A stretch of 24,000 nucleotides of DNA from the NCBI GenBank assembly GCA_964434965.1, contig CAYSWX010000023.1:1-24000 (forward strand), in the 5' to 3' direction. How positions within the stretch are numbered: the first letter of the stretch is position 1; each line of letters opens with the position of its first letter. The translations under genes were made by a program, and so were the position numbers. This document shows, piece by piece, positions 23,832 to 24,000 of the stretch. Source of the stretch: an uncultured Methanosarcinales archaeon. GTDB taxonomy: Archaea > Halobacteriota > Methanosarcinia > Methanosarcinales > Methanosarcinaceae. The notes beneath the pieces were generated by a model. The model was not told the DNA's origin, ran no database searches, and saw only the letters and a program-made list of their open reading frames with translations.

Positions 23832-24000
23832 TCATAGAATTATGTTAAATAGATATCCCGTAATAATTATGGATATACTCACAATTATCACAAAGGCAGC
23901 TATCAGTTCGTTTTTAAGCACTTTTTTCAAGATTATCATTTCTGGAAGAGAAAGCGCAGTTACTCCCATAAGGAAGGCAAGAGCAGTGCCTACTGGAAGT
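23832..24000 (-). CDS. C-terminal end of a DUF318/ArsP-like permease (partial, continues beyond the window)
   Basis: My own minus-strand translation: ...LPVGTALAFLMGVTALSLPEMIILKKVLKNELIAAFVIIVSISIIITGYLFNIIL, then a stop. The hydrophobic SLPEMIILKKV segment resembles the C-terminus of the predicted-permease (DUF318/ArsP) family. Only 55 residues are visible. Confidence 0.55.
   Translation of the reverse strand, partial: LPVGTALAFLMGVTALSLPEMIILKKVLKNELIAAFVIIVSISIIITGYLFNIIL

Noticed and set aside
18700-24000. Whether the metalloid island is a mobile element
   Set aside because: No integrase, transposase, tRNA attachment site or flanking terminal repeats are visible in the window. The duplications are old (about 75-79% protein identity). 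Mobility cannot be excluded without the sequence beyond 24000.

Overview
The gene content suggests a chromosomal segment from a Methanosarcina-like methanogenic archaeon. Supporting signs are a stand-alone NifB, a preQ0/archaeosine queC-queE-queD cluster, an AIR-synthase-related protein, a DEAD-box helicase with an RG-rich tail, and long AT-rich intergenic regions. This taxonomic call is an inference. I see no rRNA, tRNA, CRISPR array, transposase or integrase.

The window divides into three blocks.

1. 400-4383, minus strand: a complete stressosome-type module, in the order RsbR-like PAS+STAS, RsbS-like STAS, RsbT-like kinase, RsbX-like PP2C phosphatase. Its last gene is a histidine kinase carrying an RsbU-N-like docking domain, which is an unusual output for this bacterial-type module in an archaeon.

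2. 4.8-18.6 kb: mostly housekeeping genes. They are an AIR-synthase-related protein, a 58-aa 2x[4Fe-4S] ferredoxin missing from the ORF track, nifB, and queD-queE-(unknown 186 aa)-queC. Next come two metallophosphoesterases flanking a DGC-domain protein, then a hydantoinase/oxoprolinase-family protein, a SAM methyltransferase and a DEAD-box helicase.

3. 18.7-24 kb: a thiol-rich metalloid (arsenic-type) island. It holds an ArsR with a CVC site, an ACR3 arsenite carrier translationally overlapped by a tandem-Usp gene, a small CxxC thioredoxin-fold protein and the end of a DUF318/ArsP-like permease. It also carries two diverged copies each of two small protein types. One type is a 104-106 aa six-cysteine protein. 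The other is a CxxC AhpD/CMD-like protein ending in a CCC/CCCC tail. A near-identical inverted repeat (ATATCAATT-N4-TTTGATA) occurs twice in this island only.

No ArsC, ArsA or ArsD is visible in the window. The island is my best candidate for an undescribed system, and the archaeal stressosome-to-histidine-kinase module is second.
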